Under the pieces are notes generated by a model. That model worked only from the letters and a program-made list of their open reading frames with translations, ran no database searches and had not been told where the DNA came from. A stretch of 64,000 nucleotides of DNA from Ptychomitrium polyphyllum (taxonomy: Eukaryota), in NCBI GenBank assembly GCA_973851085.1, contig OZ316776.1, positions 558,001-622,000 of the forward strand, given 5' to 3'. This document shows, piece by piece, positions 51,368-64,000 of the stretch; the stretch's first letter is position 1; each line of letters starts with the position of its first letter. A program made the position numbers and the translations under genes.

Positions 51368-51443
51368 TTCCCTTTTCCTTTTCCTTTTCCTTTTACTTTA
51401 CTTTTCCTTTTCCTTCTCCCTTTCCTTTTCCCTTTCCTTCCCT
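51368..51443. repeat. Polypyrimidine low-complexity tract, (TTTCCT)-like units, upstream of the NADK3-like locus
   Basis: ccttttcctttccttttccttttactttacttttcctttttccttctccctttccttttccctttccttccct. Confidence 0.8.
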
Positions 51444-51599
51444 GCGCACGGTGTCGCGGTTACTTTGAACCATGAAATTTAAACCATTTTTGCCGACAGT
51501 TTGTATTGCAAGAATTTTACGTACGGTAAAAAGTTTCACTTTGATTTAAACGCTGGAGCCTTCTGCAGATTTACAGTAAATGTACATCGATTAGAATTT

Positions 51600-54380
51600 T
51601 CGGTGTAATAAGCGTGGCATTAGTTAGGAACAGAGTGCTACTTTTTTATGTTAAAATTTTCTTCATTACACCAAATATTTGAAGTACTGTGGCTAGAGAA
51701 TTGAGCTGTGAAAGTATGGGTAATTGAAGTGAATTGATGTAGTTTTTCAATTTATTGTCGGTTGAATTGTCTTAATGTGGAATGTTTTAATTGCTTATAT
51801 ACAAAAGTTTAGAAGAATCTTTGGTAAGTGAAATGATTCAAAAGATTTCTAAAATAGTATTTTGGTGCAGTGAGATTGAAATCTGTGTTTTTGATGCTTT
51901 GGTAAATGTTGATTTATTATAAATTTATAGTGGTAAGATCTTAATAAAGTTTGTTGAACCATGCAGTACCTTGTAAAGAATTACTTTGCAATGCACCCTT
52001 GTTGACACACCCAATTGCATTGAATGAAATGAGCATTTGGAGAATATAATGAAATATTAAAAAATCAAAGACAACATTGTGTTTAATGAATGGTTGTGTA
52101 TTGTTTTTCATGCATCTAGAAATATTAAGCCACCAAAGGACATATTCACCAAAGATTTTATCATATTATGTTTATTTTACATGAAACTTCATTAAAACTT
52201 TATTTTTTTACATTTATAAGGACAAAAAGATACATCAATTTCATATTTGATCATGAAATTAATTATTATTAGAGAGATGTTCACATTCAAGACTTAAACT
52301 TCATTCAAGGATAAGTTCTTTTCTTGTCTAAAAACATCATTTTTTGGAAGTATTACACATATAAATAAAAACTATATAGGAAAATTTCAACCAATCAAAT
52401 GTAAAGATATGTTGTAAATGATATGAATTGAATTTGAAATCATTTGGCAAAACAAGTTTAAACATCAAAATGCCTTATTTTTGAAAACATTTTTCAATTA
52501 CTTTATAATAATATATAATAATTCAAATACCAAATTCATTCAAATAAACAACTTTCAATTAGATATTTGTTATAGTGTCAGTTTTAAAACACATTGGTAC
52601 AAAAAACATTCATTGAAAGCCATTCATTTTTTAAAACAATTCAAACTAATCATCGCCTACAATTAACAAAAACAATCAAGTTCATATTAAATCCTTTTAT
52701 ATAAATTATTTTGTTAAATCTTCAAAAAAATATGAACAATGTAAGATTTAAAAAGTGTAATAATTATTTTTCAATTGAATACCACTTCTTCAAATTATAG
52801 TAAAAACAAACATTGATTCAGAGAATTTTTTTTTTTTAAAGGTTTAGTCATTAAAATTATCATTAATGACATTACATGCCTTCAAATTTAAAAATTCGAG
52901 TTTATCTTTGACTTTTCTTAAACATCAAAATAAAATAAACTATGATTTAATTTAAATACACTGATTTTTAAATTAAAAATTGATTTGAAAGATTTGAAGG
53001 TAAATATTCACTATTTGCTAAAAAAAATTATTTGAGATAAAACTTGAAATAAAATTAGATCACATTTATAATTTCAAAATGTGCATGCTAAATATTTACA
53101 TATACTTATATTTTATATTTCATTTAATTTTGATTCATTATTTTATTAATATAATTGAAGAATTTCAATACCTATGTATGGAATCAAATTGATTGATTAA
53201 TAATATGTTTTAAGTTAAATTATTTTTTAAAGGAAACAACATACATCCAATATATTTTTTATAGATTGGTTTTTGATTTTGCATAATGTTAGCTTTTTTA
53301 ATAATAAGAGAAAAAGTTACAATCATTTGTTTCGATGAATTAAATAGAAGTATTATTTCATGAAATATTGATTTTTTTTAATAATACATTATTCTTGATT
53401 TAAATTTTAAAAAGATCTAAATAAAAGATAAACAAGACAAAACTTGTATTTCTAATACAAAATTGTAATTTGTAAAATATTTGATAGGTTATAATTATGC
53501 CAATAATTATTGTATTAATCATGCAAATGTCAAAAATTAATTAAAAAACTTCTTGTCTCAAAGAATTATAAAATTTGAATTTTGTTATTATTTAAATTTT
53601 AAAGAATTCATGTATCAATGAAAAATACTTAATTCTCTAAGTTTCAAGATGTTTTAGAATGGAAATCATGTTATTCATTATAAAATATGATTAAATATGT
53701 ATAATAGCTAATAAATAATTAACAACTATGAATTATAGAATTTAAATTCTATCCATACAATTAAAATCAATAATGTAATAATTAATGGTTTTTTACAAGT
53801 TTAGCCCTTCTAAATTTCAAATACAATATAGAAACAATTTCTTTTGAAATAGTTTTAATAAAATATTTTAAAACAATGGTTTCTTTGATTTATTTTTTTT
53901 GAATTTATGACTTTGTATTTTCAAGGCATTTTAAACCAAAAAATTACAAATTTGACCTAGTCAAAATTCACATGGTTTTATATTTGATATTTTTGTCTAG
54001 TATGTATATGTACAACATCTTCATTAAGATTACATAAAATACGAACTTTAAGACGATCTCCAAAAACATGTATGGAAGGGAAGAAATACATGAAGGAAAA
54101 ATTAAAAAGTTGTAAAAATTTGAAATGATTTAAAGACTCAGTCTATAGGAATTAGAAATTGATTGTTCTATACAAAAAAAATCATTTACATCTATCCAAA
54201 TGACATAATACACTTCACAAACACCATTGAACAATTTCTTATACTAATGTGTACATAAAAATAAACTTAAAATTTCTTCTCATGTTCAATTAAAAACGTT
54301 GATCATTTATAAAACAATTTTATATTTTGGATTCATATAATTTCTACTCCATACAACACATGTACACTCTTTTCCACTTA
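51600..54380. other. Extremely AT-rich, CpG-poor non-coding block (possible ancient repeat relic)
   Basis: Composition only; no recognisable TE protein or terminal repeats. Confidence 0.6.
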
Positions 54381-55036
54381 CCAAAATCGAAGCAACTAAA
54401 TCGATATACTCAACAATGTAATGCCACTGTATCTAAATATTCCCCGTACCATACCCTTGATTTGTGTGACACATTTGCATGAACTTCGTAGAGTCATTTC
54501 AAGTCTCTCCATGAAACGCAAAACCAACCAACTGAGAAACAATACTCCAGCATAACTGAAAAGTATAATCACAATAAACTGCTGAAGTCTAATCGCCCAT
54601 TGCCGTCCCACGGAACATGCCCAACACCCCACCGCTCTCCCGAGTTCCTAAGCACGCGCCCCAACACCCGCAACAAGTACAAATCCCAAAGCAAACCCGA
54701 TCATAACAGCCCCAAGAAACCCGAAACCCCTTCCAAGCTTCCCACGCCCACACACCCACAAAGCACGAATGTGGGCTGCAACGAACGACAGCACTAGAAC
54801 CGACGTGGAACAACAGAACTCGCAAACTGAACCCAAAAAGCTCAGCAGCACCCACAACGCCAGAGGTAGAAGTGCTCACCCCACCGAGCGAAGGAAGGCG
54901 CGCCTTATCCAGATCGTGCGGCGCAGGCCCAACTGGATGCCCACTCCCCACCAGCCAAACATTCCCCACACGACGCCCATTTCTTCCACTCCCGATTCTC
55001 CATCTTCCCATTCTCGTGCCCATCAGCGATTGCAAT

Positions 55037-55116
55037 TCAGCTCGTGCGGCGGGGGCTTCGTGTGAGCGAGCGGGCGAGCGCGGTCGCTCACACGAAGCCC
55101 CCGCCGCACGAGCTGA
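55037..55116. repeat. Perfect GC-rich inverted repeat, 33-bp arms and 14-nt loop (candidate hairpin RNA)
   Basis: tcagctcgtgcggcgggggcttcgtgtgagcga (55037-55069) and its exact reverse complement (55084-55116). Confidence 0.96.
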
Positions 55117-55479
55117 GGTGAACGGAATTGCAGAGGGGGCCTGTGGCGTGACTGTGTGGCTGTACAGAGAGGAGTGGCGACGAGGAAATGGGCCGTGGAG
55201 GGTTCGATCTTGGTGGCAATGGATCCGTCCACCCGAAGCAGTTGAAGGCCCCTGGTGCTGCACTGCGTATCTCCGCCCTACGATTTGGATAAGGGCCCTG
55301 TCCCCCCCCAGCTCATTTTATCCCCTCTCCTCTCGATACTCCTTTACTTTCTTCTGTTGTGGATGGCGTTCTGAGTGGGTTCTACTGTGTTCTATAATAT
55401 ATCTTTCAGATGGTTGCTGTTCTAGAGGGTTGGAATGCACGTCCCATATGGAAAGCGGATTTTATTATTCGTTTTGTCT

Positions 55480-58400
55480 CTTGAATGTTTTTTAGTTATT
55501 TTTCATTTTGTTGTTTTTGTAAAAGTGGTATTAAGCTTTGTCAAACACTCTAAGTTTTAGAAAATACTATTGGAAGAAGGATAAAAAGTAATAAAGTTTC
55601 ATTTGTTTTTTCTATAAATTTTGATTAATGGTATTGAAGAAATAGACACATAATTCATAAAAGTCCTTAGTAAGAAACCAATATTATTGTTTATTTTGGA
55701 TTAGTTTATGTTGTATTGTGCCTTAGATTGTGGATTCTTGTATGGAATTACATTGCTATGGTTGTCATGTAGTAGATTTCCAAATAAGGTTTAATGTTGG
55801 AATATGAATTTAATTAATAGAAGTATATGCAATCCTATGTTTTAGTTTGCATTATTTTCGCAGATATGTTCAGTAATTTAACAATTTTTTATAAAATTAC
55901 TAATAGAGTATACTATAAATACTTTACAAATAGTAGATATTTGCAAAATTCATTTAGAAAGTATTGGTTTTATGATAAAAAAAAACTTAATAAATTGTGT
56001 GGCAATTGATGATATAAAGGCTTGGTTTAATAATTTTGATATTGTAATTTTATTTTTATTCACAAAGATTTTCTTTATTTTGCTGATGAATATTTGAACT
56101 GTTTTATACAATGAATGTATTTATTACTTTTATGTGAGTTTATATAAAAATTTGTAATATAAAGCTTTTACTTCAAGCCACATTGAACATTTTATTGCTT
56201 GGTTTTTGGATTTCAACATAAATTGAAAATAAGAAGTTATTAATTCTAGTACTTGTGCATATTATGTTAAAAATGTTTTAGAGGATTAGTTTATTACATT
56301 GTTTTTGGTTTGCACAGTACATTGAACTTCTTGTAATTGCGTTTTGCATGTAAGAGTTGAAATATCATTACATATACCACCTTGTGACCCAAAATCAAAA
56401 GAATTTGAAAGCTTCTTTTTAGCTTTTATTTAATTGTTTTTTGTTAGCATATAAATTTGAAATTTGAAATTATATCTGTAGAATAAATAGTATAATGTTT
56501 TTAGAAATTTTATAATATTTCTTAGAAGTTGCCTATGTTTAAGGAAAACAATATGATTTGATTAATAAAGTGTAACAAGAATACCATCAAATTGTCAACA
56601 TATATCTATTATTCTACTACAAATATCTGTATCAAAGCTGTTTTAGTTTTTTATAAATTTTTATTAACAAAATGCCAAATAACCATTAATTAGATGTATT
56701 CTTTTAAATTGAAGGATGACTGATTAATGAATTATATGGTTGATATTTAGAATCACTAGTTTTATAGAAATAAAATCATTTTCATTTAATTTAACTTCAT
56801 AAATTAATTAACTTTTTTGTAATATACAATGAAATTTGTACACCATTTCAATTGGTTTGATTTACTGTTCCAATTTTTTTTAAATTTTAAGCATCATCTT
56901 AAGCTACTCAAAGTTTATTTAATAACTTAAAACATCATTCAATTTTATAAGTGACTTATTTATGAATAATTTACATGATGAATTTTCAATAATGACAAAT
57001 AAAGTTAATGTTTTGATATGTTGAAACTTATAAATGGAATAGAAACCAAACAGTTATTTGCTTATGCATATAAAGGTGATCAATCAAATTTAAAAGAATG
57101 TCAATTATAAATATATCATATGAAGTATTTTTTCAAAACATTGGATGATGTTGAATTAGTTGTTGGTCATTAGTAATATAATATTGAAAAATAGTACAAA
57201 TTCTTGTAAAAGTAGCAATGAATCATTTTAAATAATGTGTAAAAATTTAATTCAATAATACAAAATAAATGAAGAAAGGCAATGCAATTTGTTAAGTTAT
57301 TTTCTTACTTGTGCAGTTGTCATAGGATTTAAATTAAAGCCCCGGTTAATATCGTGCCAACAAATGTATTAAGATGGGAAATTTTTATTTTTCTAAAATT
57401 TTAATATATAAATAATTTTTCAAGTGCAAGTCTTTCATACATGCATTCTAATTTGGAATTTTATGTAAATTACAAGATTGTCAAAAAATTCAAAATTCTA
57501 TAATTATTACATTAAATTGTAACACCTAACATCATTGATGAAAGATAAAAAGTTGGAAAGTAGGTGAAAGATTTTTATTGAAGAAGAAACCAAAGATTGA
57601 TGTTGGAAATTGTTAAAAGGCTAAAAACAAGACAACACCATGAATTGGTTCACAACTTGTGCTGGCAAGATTTAAATGTACCTTATCTTATATTTTTATA
57701 TATTAATAAGCCTACATATTATGAAATCTTTTAGGATAGATTTTGAATAGCTATGAGAAAGCTTTAGAACCTTTGAAAGAAGTTTTTAAATGAATGAAAG
57801 GTTTTAGAAGGTATTTTATAATGCTTTCAACTTATACAACTATATTAAATGATAAAAGGAATGACTAAAATTTATGTTTTTTGTTAGTAGAATGTATCCA
57901 TCAAAGCATGTTAGTTACATATATTTCATTAAAACATTTTTCTTTAAAAACAATTGAACAATTTTATAAGTATCAATTTGAAAATTGTACAAGCATGACA
58001 TGGATTTTCTATAGAATCTTAATTTTTGCAAAGATGATATTTATGAGATTATATAATGTCTTATTTTATCATAAATATTTATTTAACAATTTTGTATATT
58101 TATTTAGTATTAAAAGACTATCAATATTACATGAATAATTGATATAGTTTTATTAATATATTAGAAGATTGATGCTTGAAATTTACAAGAATCATTTGTT
58201 CAGAGAATTAATTTGATGATTTGAACTAAACATGCTACACTTGTAACCAACAAATAAGAAATGAAATGGTTTTAAACCAACTTCAATATTGTAAAATATT
58301 TATGTATAAATTAGTAAAGATATTAATGGATAAATTAATGAAGTGTAGTATGATAAATATTACTTAGATCTTTACAGATTACAATGTCAACAAAATTACG

Positions 58401-60750
58401 AATTTCATTTGTAAAATAAACTCACATGTATGTTTAATTATAATAGCCCTATAGTAAGATTGCTACCTCACATGCATAAATGTATATGTTTTAAAACAGG
58501 GTTCAATTCTGAGAAGATCAATTGATTGATCTTACTGTTTTGTTGAAAATGAACCATAATATTCCAAAATGTTCAGAATTTGAAAAGACACAATAGAAAA
58601 TTTATTCTATTCAGTTTTTTTTGGCCCAATATGAATTTCTCTATTTTTTTGATTTTAGAATTTTTTGTGAAAAATTTCTATTTGATTACAGTATTCAAAA
58701 TCATATAAACGCAATTTATTTGTAGTATTATATAATGTTTCTTCTTGAAGATGAGAATGTATTAACGATTATGATTCCATTGTGTCACATAGACAATGTA
58801 GGTGATGATAAAAGAACTTATGTTTATTTTATTTCAAATAAAAAAATACATAAGAGTTTTAAAAACCATTTAGAAATGAGGTTGAAAAATTGGATTTTTT
58901 AATTTGCAAGTTCATTGTAAAAAACATAACTCCTTATAATATATTATAATCTTATGATTCTATGGTAAATTTTTATATTTATTTCTTGCCAAATTAATTG
59001 CACAGTATTATTAGGTGCTATTATTTTGATGTATTTAAGTATTGAGTGTTATATAAAAGATCTATAGAAGTGCAATAGTTATAAGTTTAAACAAAATAAA
59101 ATAAATTTTGATTTTTGTAAATACATTTTGTACAAGAATCATCTTATATCTAAAATCTTAGTTCTTTGAAAAATTCCATAGCCATACGCAAACAATATAA
59201 TGTAAAATCCAATAAATTTTTAAACATACATACAATAAGTATATAATAAAGTATTAATTTTTGTACATATGTATGTAGGGATGTATGCATGTATGAATCA
59301 TCAAAATCCAACATGTAAAAAAGACATTTTCTTATATGATTTACTTTTTAATACAAAGGTTACAAAATCACAAATATGAAAAATATTGCATAATATACAA
59401 TGTCATGTTTATAAAGTATTATATATATGTAATTATAATTTATCTCATAGATATTTCAATAGTTGCAAAAGTCAAATTAATAGTCAAAATGATCATTATT
59501 TTCAAAAAGAAGCATAATAGATATGTTCAAATTTATGTTTTATAATTCAAAATCCAAAAACTTTATGGCTTTTTCTTATTTACATTTTTAATGCAAGGAA
59601 TAAGTACAATGTAGTTTCTTCACTATTAAGAATTAATCCTTGATAAAGTCACATCATCAAGAATTTAAAATATGAATATTGTTAAGTTTTTTTTTTTTAT
59701 ATCATACATTATTACCTTATTTATCCATCCAAAATTTTATCAAATTTTTGATTGGTTGTAGACAAGTTGTATAGTATGAATTTGCAAATTTTGAATTGAA
59801 AATTATAAAATATTAACATCATAGATTTATGTTATGTTGATTTTATAGTTGAAAAATTACAAGCTTTTACTATGATTTTTTTAATTCAATATATTTCTTA
59901 AAATAATTTCATTATATCAAAAGTTGTTATTTTTTCAACCAATTTCAAATAAGACCTAAAAATAACAAAATTGGTATTAAAATTTAAATGAATAAAAAAT
60001 AACTAAAAAACTAATCTTTAATAAAAATACCCATACTTTAATTTAAAAATTTGATGATTTGGATAGAAAGATTAGCTTCAAAATAAAATCAAAGATACAA
60101 ACATAGATTGTAAATCTTAAATTACACATATCCTATAAATATTGTAATAGTCTTATTAAAAATTTATTATAAAATTCATAACTTCAAAATTTTATGCATT
60201 ACAAACTTAATTAAAAATATTTATTAACAATTTTTGAGTAGGTTTTAATGCAATGAGTTTTTTATATGCAAATTCTAATGTTATAATCTTTTGAAAAATT
60301 TCCATTGCTTATGTTTTTGAAGTCATTTTTACGAAGGCCCTTTTAAAATGAAGTTTTTGAATTTTTCACAACAAAATTTGGAAATTTTTCATACTTTCCA
60401 CAAGTGCATTTTCAATGTTTTTTTTGTGCACTAATTAATACCTCATTTAAGAAATGCATTTATTAAGTTTAATTGAACATCAAAGCAATGATTTTGTTAT
60501 AACTTTAAATGTATGAAATATAAATTTGATTCATTTTTTTCATTTGGAACAATTGAAATTCTATGGATTAATATGAAAATGCTACTAATGACTATAGTAA
60601 ATATAATCTCACAAAGATAAGTTACATGTTAACATTTGCAACTTTAATTTTTATTGTATTTTCATTTAAAGGAATTGTCAATTTTTTTAACGCATTTTGT
60701 AAAATGCAATCAAATTCATGGCTTAACTGCTCATTGTATAAAGGTTAATG
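55480..60750. other. Extremely AT-rich, CpG-poor non-coding block (~5.3 kb; possible ancient repeat relic)
   Basis: Composition only; ORFs here are low-complexity F/I/K/Y artefacts. Confidence 0.6.
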
Positions 60751-63246
60751 TCTAGAATGAAGAACTCTGACGCATAAAAGGATCATTGTTAATGAGCCAT
60801 CTATCCTTGCATTATTTCCTATCACGTGTAAATTGCTTGTAAGGGAGTTTCAGCATATATAGTTTTACATGATCTTTCGTATGTCACAATGCCAGCCAGC
60901 ATATTGGATTGGTCTTCCAAAGTTAGAGAAGATACCCAATCTGATGTTGATGCTGTCCAAAATACAAGGATGCCAACATAACTTGCATCAAAAATTTACC
61001 AACTGTGATCACTGACCTACCAAGAAGACACGAACGCCTTATGACCATGCATGCACCAGAGGACTTGTGAGGTACCACACAAATAATCCGCCGTGTTTCA
61101 ACCACCATGGGAAAAGAAGGCCGGAGACTGAAAAACCAGGAAACAAAAGTCCAGTTCATAATCATTTGCTGTGCCTAACGTCCATTCCCACTAGTAGGTG
61201 CTCATCGGCGTAGTCCCTCTAGGCGAACGAGAGATCCGGAGTCCCCACTTCGTTCCTGGTAATAGGGACGCAGCACATGACGCCGAACACCGTGGACCCC
61301 GCCTTCCCGCCCTCCGCTCCATTCAACTTCAAATTTTCATCCAGCGTTCGCATTTTTGGATGATCTCACCTTCACTTTCACTTTAATCTGTTCCCACAGA
61401 GACTCTACACACGGCGGGGCAGCCTTCGGCACTATCGCCCCATTGCCGTGCTTTTTCATCCCATCTTTCGGAGTTTCGAACGCGAAACAACTGTTTTCAA
61501 AGTCCCCAGGGAACACGTAAACGGAGCACAGCTAATGATTACCCTGACGTATTATACATTGTACTCCTGCCTTCCATTTCTGTGAACGTGGACGTGAGTG
61601 CGTGGAGATGGTGGGGAAGTTAAAGCTCCGAAGCGCAGAACGAGTTTTCACAACCCGGGGCGAGCGTGGTAAGAGGAAGACAGATTCATACCCTGTCGTA
61701 CAAAGTGGATTCGTACCAAAAACCGTCGTTATACCCGAATGATACATCATACACCAAGTACTTACGTCGAGTGTATGAAGATCATGGATACATGCATAAT
61801 GCTGGGTTTGGGTAGAGTGACGGGTTTGGATATTGGCCTTCTCGCCTCTAATTGGCCGAGGGGATAGGCGAGAATGCTCGGAGATGGGGGAACCGTAAAT
61901 ACGGTGGGGAGGGGGTAGATCTGAGCGGTTGTTGACGGGCGGGGGTAATCTCGGGCGATGAGCCGTAGTGCGGAGGTGAGCAACGAGAGTTGTGCGAGGA
62001 GACGAGTATCTTGATGGCGATGGTGAAGAAGCGTGCTGGAGTGAAGCGCAGGGTGGTCAGCGTCATGGACGGATTGTGAGGGATAGCGATGGACGCGGCC
62101 GTCGTGATGGCGCAGCTGCCGGTGCTGCAATGCTGGTAGGTTTTGCAGCGTTTTTTTGCCATTTTTTAAGCCCCTGGGAAAGGATTTTTGCGGAGGTTAG
62201 GCGACGACAGAAGTCGTCGGGAGGTCCTTTGATCGCGTGATGGTTGCGTCCGGGGCGGAGAGCGGAGGAGATCGGGTGAAGGAGGCGGAGTGGCGGCAGG
62301 GGGATAGGTGAGCAGGTTGTGGCGACAGGTGAAGGATTGGCAGATTTCTGCATTACTTTTCTTGTTGCCAGGCGCCGCGTGGGTGGCGGTCTTGAGGTGC
62401 GGCTCGTGTTGGAGAGGAGCCGGCGGCGCATGTCGGATCGGCTGATCTGCGGTGGAGAAGTGGAGTGATGGCGGTGCGAGGGGATGTAATGAGTGGACAG
62501 AGACGCTGATTAGCTCAGAGGCTGCAAGGAGCCGGGCCGCTGGTTTGGCTTTATGTAGACTGTGGATATCAGTTAGGCGGAGCAGCTTGGGATAGGATTG
62601 CAGGACGGAGGTGAGGTAGGGCTGAGAGCGAAATTGAAAAGTGATTGGCGGACGTATCTGAGATTTGCGGTGCTGGTCTTTGATATCAAGAAACGATTTA
62701 TTCCAGCTGCGGGAGAGTTTTGTGTTGCGTAAGCTGGAAGTGGAATGGCAATAGGAGTTTCAGGAAAAGCGGTTTGAAAATATCATACGTTATGAACTGG
62801 ACAAGCCAAGAACTCGTAGTAGTCTTTTGTACCTCAAATGAGGACGCGCTGCTGCAATATAGTGGACTTTTGTGGGATCCGCTGAGAGTCGATACATTTG
62901 TTTGAGTGGTGGCAGGGCGTATTGCGGATGACAGAGCTTGGTTACAGCTGCAAGATTCGCAGGAAACTGTGTGGAGGGTGCTCTTGAATGAGTTTCATAG
63001 GTGTTATTGCTGAGATGTACTAGAAATTTAGGCTGTGAGGAAAGGGAGGTTAAAAACAGATGGACGCTTAATGGCATAGACTGCAGTGCCTTCAAGGCGA
63101 TGTTAGTTTCATATTGTATCCAGGACCATGGCTACGGCAGCGAGCGGTACGTTTTTCTCGACCCGCGGTCGTGTTGATTCTCAATGCACCTGCACCATAG
63201 AATTCTGGCTGGCAAGTGCCGATAGTTGCGTTTGAACACTCAATTC

Positions 63247-63496
63247 ATGGACGTGGCAAGGATGGGGTATGAGAATGGTACATCTAATATCTTCACTTCT
63301 ACAGAGGGAACAATGTCTTGTGGTCTGGGATTGTCCGTTAGTTCCTGGTACGGAGGGAATGAGACATTCTATGTCCCTGAGAAGAGGTTTCCCGATAGCG
63401 ACGTTCTCAAGGGGCAAGCACATGAATATACGAGTCAGGGACACATGAATAATACGACAGGTTCGATTGTTAACGCTGCAGTCTATTCGGCAGGAG
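63247..63496 (+). CDS. Possible first coding exon of an unidentified gene continuing beyond the window
   Basis: The ATG at 63247 opens MDVARMGYENG...AAVYSAG followed by a donor-like GGA|GTAAGA. It is preceded by an acceptor-like CAG at 63123 and a long G/T-rich leader (61800-63100). No family recognised. Confidence 0.3.
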
Positions 63497-64000
63497 TAAG
63501 ATTGAGCGATACACATTTGGCATCCAGAAAGGCAGAGGAAGCAGGTTCTGATCTTAGGCTATTTTCATCTTAGGGCTGGGGCGTTAGACTGCTTCATGAA
63601 CTTCCGCTCAGCATTCTGTAGTTCAGGATAATGTCGTTGCTGTGAGTGACTTTTAGGCATAATTGGAAGACGTCTGGTCAGTCAATATTTGATGAAGGAC
63701 TTGGCATTCTTGTGATGGCCAGTGTACAACCCTGTCGGGGTTGCTTCTTTCTTTTAAAACTTTGGATAGGAAAGAGCTTTGAGTGAAACTTATTGCAATT
63801 AGCAATCAATCTTTGTCCCGAACTTCTAGCTTCATAGTAGTCAAAGTAGTTAGTGGATAGTTCTCAATGCCTTAGTGGTAAAGAGCAGGTGCAGTTAATT
63901 GTGTCGTGCTGTATTAAATACCATTAAGATTCAGTGTTCGGGTTAAAGATTTGACTACTTGTCGTACTAATGCGGAATATCTCTGTTAAGCACACACATT

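Noticed and set aside
54589..55495. 224-aa and 207-aa ORFs across the GC island
   Set aside because: No recognisable domain; high GC content and the inverted repeat suppress stops on both strands.
61762..62431. Minus-strand Pro/Arg/Ser-rich ORFs (122, 104 and 122 aa)
   Set aside because: They look like the reverse complement of G-rich leader DNA; no family recognised and no splice chain.
63177..63197. 13-nt match (tgcacctgcacca) to the recalled moss miR1030 3' half; a similar partial antisense match lies near 37877
   Set aside because: The seed half mismatches and there is no precursor hairpin.

Overview
This is intron-rich land-plant nuclear DNA with GT-AG introns and very AT-rich, CpG-poor intergenic blocks. 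It looks moss-like (inference from composition and gene content; the species is not established). Apparently intact genes: two paralogous single-exon DUF3511 small proteins (2748-2996 and 22771-22995, +); a plastid CBSX-type CBS-pair protein (-); an extra-large G protein alpha (XLG, +); a DWNN/zinc-knuckle/RING protein (RBBP6/Mpe1/PQT3 family, -); and, divergent from it, an RRM + RanBP2-zinc-finger FET/TAF15-like protein (+). The 43-51 kb segment holds damaged or odd genes: an ankyrin relic, an open-frame but internally deleted 'mini' cytochrome P450, and an NADK3-type NADH kinase with three lesions. Two perfect fold-backs stand out: a 90-bp spacerless palindrome downstream of CBSX (4265-4354), and a 33-bp-arm GC-rich hairpin in an orphan GC island inside an AT desert (55037-55116). 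I found no tRNA, rRNA, CRISPR array or intact transposon. Exon boundaries were read by eye and are not validated by transcripts. I did not find a clearly demonstrable new multi-gene system; the best candidates are listed as hypotheses.
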